Shown: in pieces, positions 10,838 through 22,745 of the stretch | Layout: every line of letters begins with the position of its first letter | How positions within the stretch are numbered: position 1 is the stretch's first letter | From: Gammaproteobacteria bacterium | Lineage (GTDB): Bacteria; Pseudomonadota; Gammaproteobacteria; GCA-001735895 | Direction of reading: 5' to 3' | NCBI GenBank assembly: GCA_022340305.1 | Contig: JAJDOF010000124.1 | Span: forward strand, 6,396-70,395 | Length of the DNA stretch: 64,000 nucleotides | The notes under the pieces: model-generated | What the model was told of the DNA's origin: nothing | The model's database searches: none | The model's input: only the letters and a program-made list of their open reading frames with translations | Translations under genes and position numbers: made by a program

Positions 10838-11344
10838 TTAATCGAGCGACTGTTTGATTTCTTTATAAAGCAAACGTGAGTGCTGGATTCGTTTGGCGTC
10901 ACTTTTGGCATGCTGGTAGTTGCGCCACAGTTGGCGCAGTTTCTGGCGATCGGCGCGTTCGATTTCGGCTATCAATGCTTCTATTGCATCGATGCCCTGT
11001 TCGATGATGCGATCACGCCAGCGTTCGGCGCGATGATGTTTTTGAATCGAGTGCTGACTTTCGTTGTCAATTTCGTTCAATGCGGCGACTATAGCGTCGG
11101 TGTCGCGTGCGCGCAGCAGCTTGCCAAGAAACTGGTAATGCCGTTTAAGCGCGCTGCGTTTGTTTTGAATGCGGTGGGCAAGAGCAATAGCTTCCAGTAC
11201 CGGTTCGTCCAGTGGGATTCGCGCCAGGTGATCGGCAGGTAACGCTGCCAATCGCTTGCCGAGATCCTGGATCGCATGGCTGTCGCGTTTAAGCTGACTC
11301 TTGCTAACGACTTCGATTTCATCAAACTCTGCTTCGTTTTGCAT
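10838..11344 (-). CDS. yjgA: Ribosome biogenesis factor YjgA/DarP (DUF615)
   Basis: SKSQLKRD, KRHYQFLGKLLR, AERWRDRII, RQKLRQL. Confidence 0.93.
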   Translation of the reverse strand: MQNEAEFDEIEVVSKSQLKRDSHAIQDLGKRLAALPADHLARIPLDEPVLEAIALAHRIQNKRSALKRHYQFLGKLLRARDTDAIVAALNEIDNESQHSIQKHHRAERWRDRIIEQGIDAIEALIAEIERADRQKLRQLWRNYQHAKSDAKRIQHSRLLYKEIKQSLD

Positions 11345-11368
11345 AACTGTCTGGGATAAAATGTACCG

Positions 11369-12724
11369 ATGAACCTTGAAAAAAACAGTATCTTATCACC
11401 TGGCAACGTCGATTCATTTAAAAACATCGTTGCTGATACTCTCGAACTAGCCAGGGCGGGTGGCGCCACGCAGGCCGAAGCCGGCCTGTCGGTGTCGCAG
11501 GGGCTTTCGGTCGCAACCCGCATGGGCTCGGTGGAGACGATCGAGCATCAGCAGGACAATGGACTCGGTATCAGCGTCTATTTTGATGGCCATAAAGGCA
11601 GCGCCAGCACCTCCAACCTGGATCTCGAGGCGATACGCAAAACGGTGGAGGCCGCCTGTAACATCGCGCGCTACACCTCGGAAGATCCCTTCACAGGTCT
11701 TGCCGACGCCGATTTGATGGCTACCGATTTTCGTGACCTGGATTTATATCATCCCTGGGGTATTCAGCCGCAGGAAGTCATCGACCTGGCGCTGGAATGC
11801 GAAAATTCGGCGCTGGATTACGATGCGCGTATCGTCAATTCCGAGGGTGCGTCGGTGGATCTGAATGCCGGCTTGTCGGTGTACGGCAATTCGCATGGCT
11901 TCCTGCAGGCAGAACGCAAGACGCGCCACGGTATCAGCTGTGCGGTCGTGGCCGAGTCCAATGGCAATATGCAGCGTGACTACTGGTATGACGTAAGCCG
12001 CCATCCCGAGCGCCTTGCAACTGCCCGCAGCATCGGTGAAAAGGCGGCGGAGCGTACCCTGCGCCGCCTGGATGCGCGTAAACTTAAAACACAACAGGCG
12101 CCAGTGCTGTTTGCCGCCGAGCTTGCGCGCGGCATTATTTCCAGTTTTACCTCCGCCATTGGTGGCGCGGCGCAATATCGCAAGGCGAGCTTTTTACTCA
12201 ACGCCCTCGGTGAACAGGTATTCCCGGATTTTGTACAACTGCGTGAGCAACCCTTTCTGCCGCAGGCGTTGGCCTCGGCCAACTTCGATGCCGAGGGCGT
12301 GGCGACCAGCGATGCCAGCCTGGTTAGCGATGGAGTGATCCAGAGCTATCTGCTCGACAGTTACTCGGCCCGAAAACTGGGTTTGCGCTCGACCGGCCAC
12401 GCCAGCGGAATCCACAATCTCAGTGTCGCCAGTACCGGTAAATCCTTCGATGAATGCCTGCAGGGTATGCACCGTGGATTTCTGGTCACCGAATTGATGG
12501 GTCACGGCGTTAATACGGTAACCGGTGACTATTCGCGCGGCGCCGCCGGGTTCTGGGTTGAAAACGGCAAGCTTGACTATGCCGTTGAAGAGGTGACCAT
12601 TGCCGCCAACCTGCGCGACATGTTCAAGGGGATTGTCGATATCGGTAATGACGTGGATTACCGTGGTGGTATCCATTGTGGTTCTATCCTGATCGACAAC
12701 ATGACGATAGCCGGGACCGATTGA
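11369..12724 (+). CDS. pmbA: Metalloprotease PmbA (TldE)
   Basis: MQRDYWY, FDAEGVAT, YLLDSYSARKLG, TGDYSRGAAGFWVENG. Confidence 0.95.
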   Translation: MNLEKNSILSPGNVDSFKNIVADTLELARAGGATQAEAGLSVSQGLSVATRMGSVETIEHQQDNGLGISVYFDGHKGSASTSNLDLEAIRKTVEAACNIARYTSEDPFTGLADADLMATDFRDLDLYHPWGIQPQEVIDLALECENSALDYDARIVNSEGASVDLNAGLSVYGNSHGFLQAERKTRHGISCAVVAESNGNMQRDYWYDVSRHPERLATARSIGEKAAERTLRRLDARKLKTQQAPVLFAAELARGIISSFTSAIGGAAQYRKASFLLNALGEQVFPDFVQLREQPFLPQALASANFDAEGVATSDASLVSDGVIQSYLLDSYSARKLGLRSTGHASGIHNLSVASTGKSFDECLQGMHRGFLVTELMGHGVNTVTGDYSRGAAGFWVENGKLDYAVEEVTIAANLRDMFKGIVDIGNDVDYRGGIHCGSILIDNMTIAGTD

Positions 12725-12725
12725 T

Positions 12726-13184
12726 ATGTCGCGGCTCCCGGCTGGGATCAGCTTACTATTGCTGTGTGGGTTGCTATTGCCGGGAATGTTCTCTGGCACC
12801 ACCTTGTTGCATGCCGAATCGCGGGCGAATGGTTACGTGTTCAGTGTTACCGTAACCTCGGCCAGGGAACTCGATGTGGTACTGGACCGCGCCGAAGATT
12901 TGCGCGAATTGTTCGACCCGGCCGAGCACAGCCGTATCGCTATCGTGCTGCATGGCGACGAATTGCATTTATTTCAACGCCGGAACTATTCGACAAACCA
13001 GTCCGTGGTAGAGCGCGCGCGATTGCTAGACCAGGATAATATCATCGATATAAAGGCTTGCCAGACGATGATGCGCACCCTCGAGATCGGGCAAAGCGAA
13101 CTCCCCAGCTTCATCGAACAGGTCCCGTTCGCGCCGGCTGAAATTGAACGCCTGCAACGGGAGGAGGGGTTTACCCGGTTATGA
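12726..13184 (+). CDS. Exported DsrE-like protein
   Basis: Signal peptide; IAIVLHGDELHLF and IDIKACQTMM (single Cys), QVPFAPAEIERLQ typical of DsrE-fold proteins. Confidence 0.65.
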   Translation: MSRLPAGISLLLLCGLLLPGMFSGTTLLHAESRANGYVFSVTVTSARELDVVLDRAEDLRELFDPAEHSRIAIVLHGDELHLFQRRNYSTNQSVVERARLLDQDNIIDIKACQTMMRTLEIGQSELPSFIEQVPFAPAEIERLQREEGFTRL

Positions 13185-13925
13185 TCGCCACTCGACTTCG
13201 CGCAGCTTCAATGTACTCGATGAATCGTCTGCATCGCGTGTTTCGATGAGCAACGGTAACAGCGGGTTTTGTACGTCGTAATAATACTTGATACGCGTTT
13301 TTGATCCGGTGATGGTCTGCTCGAATATACGCGCATCGGTATCCTTGCCGTCGATTTTTACCGAACCCTTGCCGCGATAGATCAGCCTGGATTCGACCAG
13401 TTTACCCTTTTGATACAAGCGCAACGTCGTATTTTCAAGTTGTTGTAACTGCATCGCAGCGGCGAGCAAATGAATGCTCTGATAGTCGTATACACCCCCG
13501 GCCAATGGTACCCTGGAGGGTTTTCCCTTGCGCATGACCTCCATATAGCCGTTGTTCCAGTCGAAACTGGCGGACTCGTACTTATCCTTGTTGTTTTCGT
13601 CCGAGATCAGGATCTGCTGTAAGCGCACCTGATCCGGGTTGTGGCTGAAGGTCGTCTCGGAGTAGGGTTTCTTGTTGATAAACATCGAGTAAATACCGCG
13701 TGCCCGCGTGGTCAGTCGCCAGCGCCACAAATCCTTGACTGGCTCGAGGGTCAGTTTGGCAATGCCGAGGTTCATCCCTTTCGTGGTCAGATCATAGCTG
13801 GCGGTGAAGGCGCGTAACGGAACTTCACCAGCCTTGACAGTCACGCTCAGGCTGAGTACCAGGCTGAGTACCAGGCTCAGCCACAAACGCTGAGCCAGCC
13901 GCTGAACCGGGTCCAGCTTAGGCAC
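13179..13925 (-). CDS. DUF3108-family exported protein
   Basis: Signal peptide, FTASYDL, DYQSIHL, YYDVQNPLLPLLIE; habitual position downstream of purN; GTG start inferred. Confidence 0.75.
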   Translation of the reverse strand: MPKLDPVQRLAQRLWLSLVLSLVLSLSVTVKAGEVPLRAFTASYDLTTKGMNLGIAKLTLEPVKDLWRWRLTTRARGIYSMFINKKPYSETTFSHNPDQVRLQQILISDENNKDKYESASFDWNNGYMEVMRKGKPSRVPLAGGVYDYQSIHLLAAAMQLQQLENTTLRLYQKGKLVESRLIYRGKGSVKIDGKDTDARIFEQTITGSKTRIKYYYDVQNPLLPLLIETRDADDSSSTLKLREVEWRS

Positions 13926-14565
13926 TAAACTGCAGTGGATTGTCGAGCAAGGTCTGATCATGGTGTATTTGACCATGGTCATCGATGATTAGTTTATTTT
14001 CGCTAATCCAGCGCAGTACCGTCGGATACATCTGGTGTTCGAGGCGCTGACCCCTGGTGCGCAGGTCAGCGACGCTGTCGCCGTTTTCGATGGGGTAGCT
14101 TGCCTGCAGGAGAACCGGGCCATCGTCCAGTTCGGCGGTCACCAGGTGGATACTGACGCCGTGTTCGGTTTCGCCGTTGTCCAGCGCCCGTTGATGCGTG
14201 TCGAGACCTTTATACGCGGGTAGTAATGCCGGGTGGATGTTCAGGATACGGTGCTCAAAGGCACGCACGAACTCTGCACTGAGGATGCGCATGTAGCCGG
14301 CGAGCACGATGTAGTCGGGCGCGATCGCCTCCAGCCGCCGGCGCAGTTCGGCATCGTATTGTTCGCGGCTCGGATAGCTCCGGTGATCGATGATCTCGAC
14401 AGGCAGGCGGTGCCGGGTGGCACGCTGCAAGCCGTAGGCGTCTGGGTTGTTACTGAGGACACAGGCAATTCGGGCGTTGAGTGTGCCAGCCTCGATGGCA
14501 TCGATGATGGCCTGCAGGTTGCTGCCACTGCCGGAAATCAGCACCGCCAGGACGAGTTGACTCAT
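13918..14565 (-). CDS. purN: Phosphoribosylglycinamide formyltransferase
   Basis: [27 protein letters not shown]. Confidence 0.98.
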   Translation of the reverse strand: MSQLVLAVLISGSGSNLQAIIDAIEAGTLNARIACVLSNNPDAYGLQRATRHRLPVEIIDHRSYPSREQYDAELRRRLEAIAPDYIVLAGYMRILSAEFVRAFEHRILNIHPALLPAYKGLDTHQRALDNGETEHGVSIHLVTAELDDGPVLLQASYPIENGDSVADLRTRGQRLEHQMYPTVLRWISENKLIIDDHGQIHHDQTLLDNPLQFSA

Positions 14566-15611
14566 GTAAAAATAACCGGTTCCTGATCGCCTCGCTCGAC
14601 GACGTCGCCGATTAACCAGGCGCTTTCACCGAGGGCCTGTAATTTCTCGACTACCGGATCGGCCAGCCCGGCATCGATCGCGAGTATCATGCCGACGCCG
14701 CAGTTAAAGGTACGCAGCATCTCTCTCTGTGCAATATTGCCGGTTTGTTGCAGCCAGTCGAAAACCGGGGGAAGTTGCCAGCTATTCAAATCGATTCGGG
14801 CGCTGAGCGCTTCCGGTAATACGCGCGGCACATTCTCCACCAGGCCGCCACCGGTGATATGGGCGATGGCGTTTATCTGAAACTCGGCGTTGAGCGCCAG
14901 CAGGTTTTTTACGTAGATACGGGTTGGCCTGATCAGTGCTTCGGCTAGGGACTCGCCACCGCAATCGAGCGATAGCTGGCTACCCGATACTTCGATAATT
15001 TTACGTACCAGCGAAAAGCCGTTGGAATGCACGCCTGATGACGCCAGTGCGATCAGCCGATTTCCTGCCTTGACCCGGCTACCGTCGATAACGCGATCCT
15101 TTTCGACAATGCCGACACAAAAGCCGGCCAGGTCGAAGTCGCCGCTTTGGTAAATGCCCGGCATTTCCGCGGTTTCACCGCCTATCAGCGCGCAACCGGC
15201 CTGCCGGCAGCCATCAGCGATTCCCTTGATCACTTTTTCAGCCTGCGCTACCTCAAGTTTTCCAGTTGCATAGTAGTCGAGAAAAAAAAGTGCTTCGGCA
15301 CCGAGTACCGCGATATCATTGGCGCACATTGCCACCAGGTCGATGCCGATGCCGTCGACGATATCGAGATCGATGGCGAGCCTGAGCTTGGTGCCGACGC
15401 CATCGGTGCCGGACACCAGTAACGGACTCCGGTAGCGATGCAGCGGAAGTTCGAACAGTCCGCCAAAACCTCCGATGCTGCCGACACAGCCCTCGCGGTG
15501 CGTCGATTTGATGGCCGGCTTGATGCGTTCTACCAGTTCGTTTCCGGCGTCGATATCGACGCCTGAGTCGAGATAACTCAGGGATGCCTCGGGGGATGCT
15601 TCGGAATTCAT
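14562..15611 (-). CDS. purM: Phosphoribosylformylglycinamidine cyclo-ligase
   Basis: [40 protein letters not shown]; start moved to ATG 15611. Confidence 0.98.
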   Translation of the reverse strand: MNSEASPEASLSYLDSGVDIDAGNELVERIKPAIKSTHREGCVGSIGGFGGLFELPLHRYRSPLLVSGTDGVGTKLRLAIDLDIVDGIGIDLVAMCANDIAVLGAEALFFLDYYATGKLEVAQAEKVIKGIADGCRQAGCALIGGETAEMPGIYQSGDFDLAGFCVGIVEKDRVIDGSRVKAGNRLIALASSGVHSNGFSLVRKIIEVSGSQLSLDCGGESLAEALIRPTRIYVKNLLALNAEFQINAIAHITGGGLVENVPRVLPEALSARIDLNSWQLPPVFDWLQQTGNIAQREMLRTFNCGVGMILAIDAGLADPVVEKLQALGESAWLIGDVVERGDQEPVIFT

Positions 15612-15694
15612 GGTTTGCAGGTTCAGGAAACAATAGTGGTGTGCTATTTTACACGCCTTGCGGGCAAATGTCCGTCGATGAAGATAGGGAAGCA

Positions 15695-16795
15695 ATGAAG
15701 TCGTTGAAAGTTTTCGTGCCCGTTTTAGCACTGTTCGGATTTTGGCAGTCACCGCTGTGGGCGGTGACCGTGGATGATTTGTATACAGTTGAATTGCCGG
15801 TCGCCGATCAGACGACCAGTATACGGCTGGAATCCTTCAGCGAGGCCTTCAAGCAGGTTATCGTCAAGGTCAGCGGCTCGGGCGATGCGCTCGCGAGCCC
15901 GGGATTCGAGCGACCTATTGAAAATAGTGCGCGCTACGTAAAGCAGTTTCGTTACCTGAGCCGCAGCCTGTCTGGCGGTGACGAGTTCGACAGCACGAGG
16001 TTGTTACTGCGCATCGATTTCGATCAGCAATTGATCGAGGCGTTGTTACGCGAGCAGAATTTTCCGGTGTGGGGGCGTGAGCGGCCGAGTACCTTGTTGG
16101 TCATATCCTACGACGTCAATGAAAACATCAAGCTGGTCTCCGATGATGCGACCCCGGACCTGGTGGAAGCCCTTGACCGCGCGGCTTCGATTCATGCAGT
16201 ACCGGTATTGTTCCCATTGATGGATCTCGAAGATATTGCGTTGGTCAGTATCAGTGATATCGCCTCGCGGCAATACGAGAATATCAACACCATGGCCCGG
16301 CGCTACGCGCCAAACGCGATGATGGTGGGACAGATAGTGGGTCGCAGCGGGCAGGGCTGGCAGGGCGATTGGGAGGTTCGTTTCGATGAGCAGGTCTTCA
16401 AATGGACCTTCAAGGCACCTTCCAAGCAGGCGGTGATCGACCAGGTCATTCAGCACCTGGCGAAGATTCTCGCCCTCGAATACGCGTTGGAGGATCATCG
16501 CCGTGTCGAACAGTCGCTGTTGCTGAGCGTGTCTGAAGTGGAAGGTATCGACAAATTGATCAAGGTGCAGCGCTACCTGGAATCCCTGAACGTGGTGGAC
16601 AGTGTGCGCGTCGCGATGATCAGCAAGGATGTCGTCACCTATCGCCTGAAACTGCGCAATGATCCAGCAGATTTACAGCGCCTGATTGAATTTGGCGAAG
16701 TGCTCGAGCAAGAGGATTTTCCCCAGCTCAGTACCCAGGGCGAGGAGTTGATTATTCTCAATTACAGCTTCATTAACCGTGGAGCCAGTAATTAA
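15695..16795 (+). CDS. DUF2066-family exported protein
   Basis: Signal peptide, [28 protein letters not shown]; divergent from purM as usual; start moved to ATG 15695. Confidence 0.85.
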   Translation: MKSLKVFVPVLALFGFWQSPLWAVTVDDLYTVELPVADQTTSIRLESFSEAFKQVIVKVSGSGDALASPGFERPIENSARYVKQFRYLSRSLSGGDEFDSTRLLLRIDFDQQLIEALLREQNFPVWGRERPSTLLVISYDVNENIKLVSDDATPDLVEALDRAASIHAVPVLFPLMDLEDIALVSISDIASRQYENINTMARRYAPNAMMVGQIVGRSGQGWQGDWEVRFDEQVFKWTFKAPSKQAVIDQVIQHLAKILALEYALEDHRRVEQSLLLSVSEVEGIDKLIKVQRYLESLNVVDSVRVAMISKDVVTYRLKLRNDPADLQRLIEFGEVLEQEDFPQLSTQGEELIILNYSFINRGASN

Positions 16796-17482
16796 ACAAA
16801 TCGCGTTACCGCTGTCGCTGGATCGCCAGTTCAGTTTCGACAATTTCGTTGCGGACCGCGCCGGACTCATTCTCAGCAGCCTGCAGGCGCTGATTCTTGG
16901 CAAGGGTGAAAACCAGCTCGGATTATGGGGTGCAGCGGCCACCGGCAAGACGCATCTGCTCAATGCCAGCGCTGATTTTGCCCGAAAAAATGGCGTGGTG
17001 CTGCAAATTTACGATGGTGCGCAACTGTGCCGCTGCGAGGCCGATGAATTCGAGGGATTCAGTCACTGCGATGTACTGGCGATTGATAATCTCGATGCAA
17101 TTGCCGGACATACTGCCTGGGAAGCCTGTTTTTACCAGGTGATAAATCGTTGTCGCGCGGGTGAGTTCCGGCTGCTGTTCGCGTTGAGCGCAAAGCCTGA
17201 CGCGCTGGCAACGCAACTGGGTGATTTTCGCTCCCGCCTGCAATGGGGCCTGTTGCTGCAACTGCCGCAAAGTGGTGATGACGAAATTCGCAAGATCTTG
17301 CGTCGTCGTGCACAGCTGTTGGGTATCGATTTATCCGATGAAGTGATTTCCTACCTGATGACCCATCATGCACGCGACCTCGGCGAGCAGATCAGCATTC
17401 TGCGACGTCTGGACGGAATTTCGCTATCGCAGCAACGCCGGGTTACCATCCCCCTGGTCAAGCAGTTGCTCGCTGAATCGAG

Positions 17483-17486
<4 letters not shown>
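16779..17486 (+). CDS. hda: DnaA regulatory inactivator Hda
   Basis: QIALPL clamp-binding motif, FSFDNF, GAAATGKTHL, DFRSRLQWG. Confidence 0.93.
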
Positions 17487-18768
<1,282 letters not shown>

Positions 18769-19046
18769 GCTACGCGCTCTGACGGCTGAAATTGCGCTTG
18801 TTGTACAATAACCCTCCTGCCTTGGCAATAGCCGTGATCGACTGTTAGCGGGAAATCGATTGAGGATTGATTTAAGCGCTTGCGGGAAAAGAATGAAATC
18901 TAGGCTATAATCACTCTTGATTGAGTAATATTTACATTAAAAACTTGCTCTAAAGGGTTGATCAATGTAGGCTTCTTGGCAAAATAGGCTATCAATAATC
19001 ATTCCACAAAACCTAATTTAGATAAGTTCCTCGGAGAATAAAATAG

Positions 19047-19703
19047 ATGAAACCAATAGCACTCCTCAAGGTCACTGCACTTGCAGTGTTGACCTCAGGC
19101 TTTATGGTCGGCTGTCAGCAAAGTTCAACTGAAGACATGCCTGCTGAACCAACAATGGCGGAAGATACCTGTGAAGGCGCTACGCCTGAAGTTCGCAACG
19201 CAATTTACGCGGCCAAGCTGAAAAATGCGCGTGCCAGAAACCTTGGTGCTGACTGGGAAGAAAACGCAAAGATAATCGAGGAAGCTGAAAAGGCTGCCGC
19301 CGATTGTGAAAACGTGCGTGCCAAGGTTCTTGCCAATAAGGCCGAAGCCGCCGCTGCTGCAGCCATCAAGGCGATGCAGATGGCTCCGGTCGAAGAGGTC
19401 GCTGAGCCAGCCCCCGTCGAAGAGTCGCCCTACCTGGGTGGTTATCTCGTCGTCAGCGGTGACAACCTGTGGAATATCGCGGGCCAGGATACGGTCTACA
19501 GTAATCCTTTCATGTGGCCGCTGATCTACAAGGCAAATTCGGGCCAGATCAAGGATGCCGACCTGATTTATCCGGGACAGTATTTCTATATTCCGAAGGC
19601 TAAAGGCAACGAGCGTGCCGCTGCGATGGAGCACGCCAAGAACCGTGGCGCGTGGACATTGGGTGAAACCGAGGCATCCGACCTCGATTACCTGTCGCAA
19701 TAA
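19047..19703 (+). CDS. LysM-domain lipoprotein
   Basis: Lipobox MVGC; YLVVSGDNLWNIA..YSNPFMWPLIYKAN..IKDADLIYPGQ. Confidence 0.9.
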   Translation: MKPIALLKVTALAVLTSGFMVGCQQSSTEDMPAEPTMAEDTCEGATPEVRNAIYAAKLKNARARNLGADWEENAKIIEEAEKAAADCENVRAKVLANKAEAAAAAAIKAMQMAPVEEVAEPAPVEESPYLGGYLVVSGDNLWNIAGQDTVYSNPFMWPLIYKANSGQIKDADLIYPGQYFYIPKAKGNERAAAMEHAKNRGAWTLGETEASDLDYLSQ

Positions 19704-19724
19704 CGGATTAGCACCTGATTAAAG

Positions 19725-19750
19725 AGCCCGCCGAGTGCGGGCTTTTTTTT
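19725..19750 (+). terminator. Intrinsic terminator
   Basis: AGCCCGC-cgagt-GCGGGCT followed by T tract. Confidence 0.9.
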
Positions 19751-19923
19751 GACCTTGAGATACTTTACTGCCTCTGCACCGGGCGCAGCCTGGCACCGCA
19801 CCCCGGTTGCAATTAGTCTTCGGCCGCAGCGCGACCGTGGAAAGATGAAGTGGCAACAGCGGAACTTAATGGTTATTTCATCCTCCTAGTGCATATGTTT
19901 TCGATCCGTTTTTGAGTGAATCT

Positions 19924-20388
19924 ATGAAGCGATACCTGCCCGCCCTGTTACTGTTGCTGACCCTGCCGGTGTTCGCGCAGCCCATAGATATGCCGCTGAC
20001 TGCGATGGATGGCAGCAAGGATAATCTCAGTCGCTATCAGGGCAAGTGGTTAGTGGTGAATTACTGGGCGACCTGGTGCCCACCGTGCATCGTTGAAATG
20101 CCCGAACTGCAGTCGTTTCATGATAAGCATGTGGACAGCGATGCGATGGTTGTCGGCATCAACGCTGAAAATATCGGTCAGCAGCGCTTGCAGGCGTTTC
20201 TCGATGACTATTTTATTACCTACCCCAATTTCATGTCGGGGCCTACACAGCAGTCCGAGCTCGGTTTGATCCCGGGGCTACCAACTACCTTTCTGGTGAC
20301 GCCCGAGGGGCAGGTCGTAGCACGGCAGGTCGGAGCGGTGACGCGCGAGATGCTCGAACAGTTTATCCAGAAGTGGCAACCCAAGTAG
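19924..20388 (+). CDS. TlpA/ResA-family exported thiol-disulfide oxidoreductase
   Basis: Signal peptide; VVNYWATWCPPC, GLPTTFLV. Confidence 0.92.
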   Translation: MKRYLPALLLLLTLPVFAQPIDMPLTAMDGSKDNLSRYQGKWLVVNYWATWCPPCIVEMPELQSFHDKHVDSDAMVVGINAENIGQQRLQAFLDDYFITYPNFMSGPTQQSELGLIPGLPTTFLVTPEGQVVARQVGAVTREMLEQFIQKWQPK

Positions 20389-20464
20389 GCTTCAACGGCT
20401 AATCGGCAATGCAAGTGGCTGATTTCCTGCTAATATGCTGGAAAAACAATACAGATAATGAATT

Positions 20465-22231
20465 TTGACTGAACCCGCTTGCACCCTGGACTGGATACTC
20501 GAACAGCTGGTATCGCAGGATATCGTCGAGCAGGATAAGGCGCAGATGATCAGTACGCTGGTTTCCGCCAGTGACCGAAAATTTGTACACCCCCTGGAAA
20601 TACTTGCCAATCGGCAATGGAACAATAAATCTCTGCCCGACCAGGTGCTGACACTTGACGTCATGACCGATTGGCTGGCCGAGCAAGCCGGGCTGGCGCG
20701 ATATCATTTCGATCCACTGAAAATGGACGTGGCAGCCTGCACCTCGATCATGTCCTACGCCTACGCATCGCGCTTCAATATCCTTGTGGTCAAGGTAACG
20801 CCAGCAGCCGTGGAAATTGCCGTTGCCGATCCGTTCAACCTCGAATGGAAGAACGAGATCGAACGGATAGTCAAGCGGCCGATCACTACGGTGCTGGCGA
20901 ATCCACAGCAGTTAAAGAGTTACCTGGTTGAGTTTTACAGCGTCAGCAAGGCGATGGATGGCGCGGGCAGCATGTCGAGCGGCCAGTTGCCTGGGAATAT
21001 CCAGAATCTCGAGCAGCTGATTGAGCTTGGCAAGTCAGGCAAGGTCGATGCCGAGGATCAGCATATCGTCAGTATTGTCGACTGGTTGATGCAATATGCG
21101 TTCAGCCAGCGCGCCAGTGATATTCATATTGAACCGCGACGCGAATATGGCAAGGTTCGATTTCGAATCGACGGTGTTATGCACCAGGTCTATGAAATTC
21201 CCTCGACGATAACTCCTGCCGTGGTGAGTCGTATCAAGATCATGGGACGCCTCGACGTCGCCGAAAAGCGTAAACCGCAGGATGGTCGCATCAAGACGCT
21301 GTCGCCTAACGGGCAGGAGATCGAGTTGCGCCTTTCGAGCATGCCGACCGCCTTTGGCGAGAAGCTGGTATTGCGAATATTTGATCCGGAAGTGCTGGTC
21401 AAGAATTTTGCAGCACTGGGCCTGGAAAAGACCGAATCGGATATCTGGAACGGTATGATCAGCAGACCTTTTGGCATCATTCTGGTGACCGGGCCAACGG
21501 GTTCCGGTAAGACCACGACGCTGTATACCAGTCTAAAACAGCTTGCCCGCCCAGAGGTCAATGTTTGTACCATCGAAGATCCGATCGAACTGGTGGAGCC
21601 GAGCTTTAACCAGATGCAGGTGCAGCACAACATTGGTCTCGATTTTGCAACGGGGGTAAAAACGTTGTTGCGCCAGGATCCGGATATCATCATGGTCGGC
21701 GAGATTCGCGATCATGAAACCGCGGAAATGGCAGTCCAGGCCGCGCTCACGGGCCACCTGGTGTTATCGACGCTGCACACCAACGATGCGCCCGCCGCTA
21801 TTGCGAGGTTGATCGAAATTGGGGTACCTGCCTACCTGATTAACGCCACCCTGATCGGGGTCGTGGCACAGCGCCTGGTGCGAAAACTGTGTCCGCACTG
21901 CAAGCATGATGCCGACCTTGACCCGCTCGACTGGCAAGCGCTGATCAAGCCCTGGACTACATCGCCGCCGGACAAAATATCGCATTCTGATGGCTGTCTT
22001 GAGTGTCGCCAGACCGGGTTTATCGGGCGCATCGGCATTTATGAAATGATGCCGATAACCGATACCCTGAAACGTGAAATCACGGACAATTTCGATCTGG
22101 TTAAATTTCGCAAAGCCGCCATTCGCCAGGGTATGAAACCGCTCAACCTCGCCGGTGCGCAAAAGGTGGCACGCGGTTTGACGACTATCGAAGAAGTCCT
22201 CAAGGTAGCACCGCCGCGTTACGATATTTAA
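20465..22231 (+). CDS. GspE/PilB-family secretion ATPase
   Basis: RASDIHIEP, KRKPQDGRI, Walker A GPTGSGKT, IEDPIE, LRQDPDIIMVGEIRD, CPHC/CLEC Zn motif. Confidence 0.95.
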   Translation: MTEPACTLDWILEQLVSQDIVEQDKAQMISTLVSASDRKFVHPLEILANRQWNNKSLPDQVLTLDVMTDWLAEQAGLARYHFDPLKMDVAACTSIMSYAYASRFNILVVKVTPAAVEIAVADPFNLEWKNEIERIVKRPITTVLANPQQLKSYLVEFYSVSKAMDGAGSMSSGQLPGNIQNLEQLIELGKSGKVDAEDQHIVSIVDWLMQYAFSQRASDIHIEPRREYGKVRFRIDGVMHQVYEIPSTITPAVVSRIKIMGRLDVAEKRKPQDGRIKTLSPNGQEIELRLSSMPTAFGEKLVLRIFDPEVLVKNFAALGLEKTESDIWNGMISRPFGIILVTGPTGSGKTTTLYTSLKQLARPEVNVCTIEDPIELVEPSFNQMQVQHNIGLDFATGVKTLLRQDPDIIMVGEIRDHETAEMAVQAALTGHLVLSTLHTNDAPAAIARLIEIGVPAYLINATLIGVVAQRLVRKLCPHCKHDADLDPLDWQALIKPWTTSPPDKISHSDGCLECRQTGFIGRIGIYEMMPITDTLKREITDNFDLVKFRKAAIRQGMKPLNLAGAQKVARGLTTIEEVLKVAPPRYDI

Positions 22232-22242
22232 ACGGCGCGCGC

Positions 22243-22707
22243 GTGAAACCATTTTATCGGACAATTCTGATAACCCTGTTATTGCTGCTGGTGCAAGCCT
22301 GTAGTGATGACGGCTCGCCGGAAGATCAGATCCGACACTTGATCGACAGCGCGGTGCAGACCGCCGAAGATCGCAGCCTGGATGACCTCAATGACCTCCT
22401 GCACGACGATTTTATCGACCAGTACGGCAACAACCGTCGGCAATTAGCCAGATTGCTGCGCGCTTATTTTTTCCGTCACAAGAGCCTACACCTGTTTGTC
22501 CGCACCGATAGTATCGAAATGCTATCCGCCAACCAGGCCAGCGTCAGTCTTCACGTCGCCATGGCCGGTACGGTAATTTCCGATGTCAGTGCGCTGACTT
22601 CCTTGAGTGCGCGCATATATCGATTCGAGCTACAGCTGGTCAAACAGGGAGACTGGCTATTGCGTCATGCGAGCTGGGAACCAGCCAGCATCGGTGTCTT
22701 CGAGTAG
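22243..22707 (+). CDS. Hypothetical lipoprotein, probable NTF2-like fold
   Basis: Lipobox LVQAC; LLHDDFID, YRFELQLVKQGDWLL pattern. Confidence 0.65.
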   Translation: MKPFYRTILITLLLLLVQACSDDGSPEDQIRHLIDSAVQTAEDRSLDDLNDLLHDDFIDQYGNNRRQLARLLRAYFFRHKSLHLFVRTDSIEMLSANQASVSLHVAMAGTVISDVSALTSLSARIYRFELQLVKQGDWLLRHASWEPASIGVFE

Positions 22708-22745
22708 GCCGAGGATGAGCGCGTGCTGACCGCGATCAATCGCCC

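Noticed and set aside
13848-13880. 12-bp tandem repeat CAGGCTGAGTAC
   Set aside because: Only about 2.7 copies, encoding SLVL in a signal peptide; in-frame slippage with no sign of phase variation.
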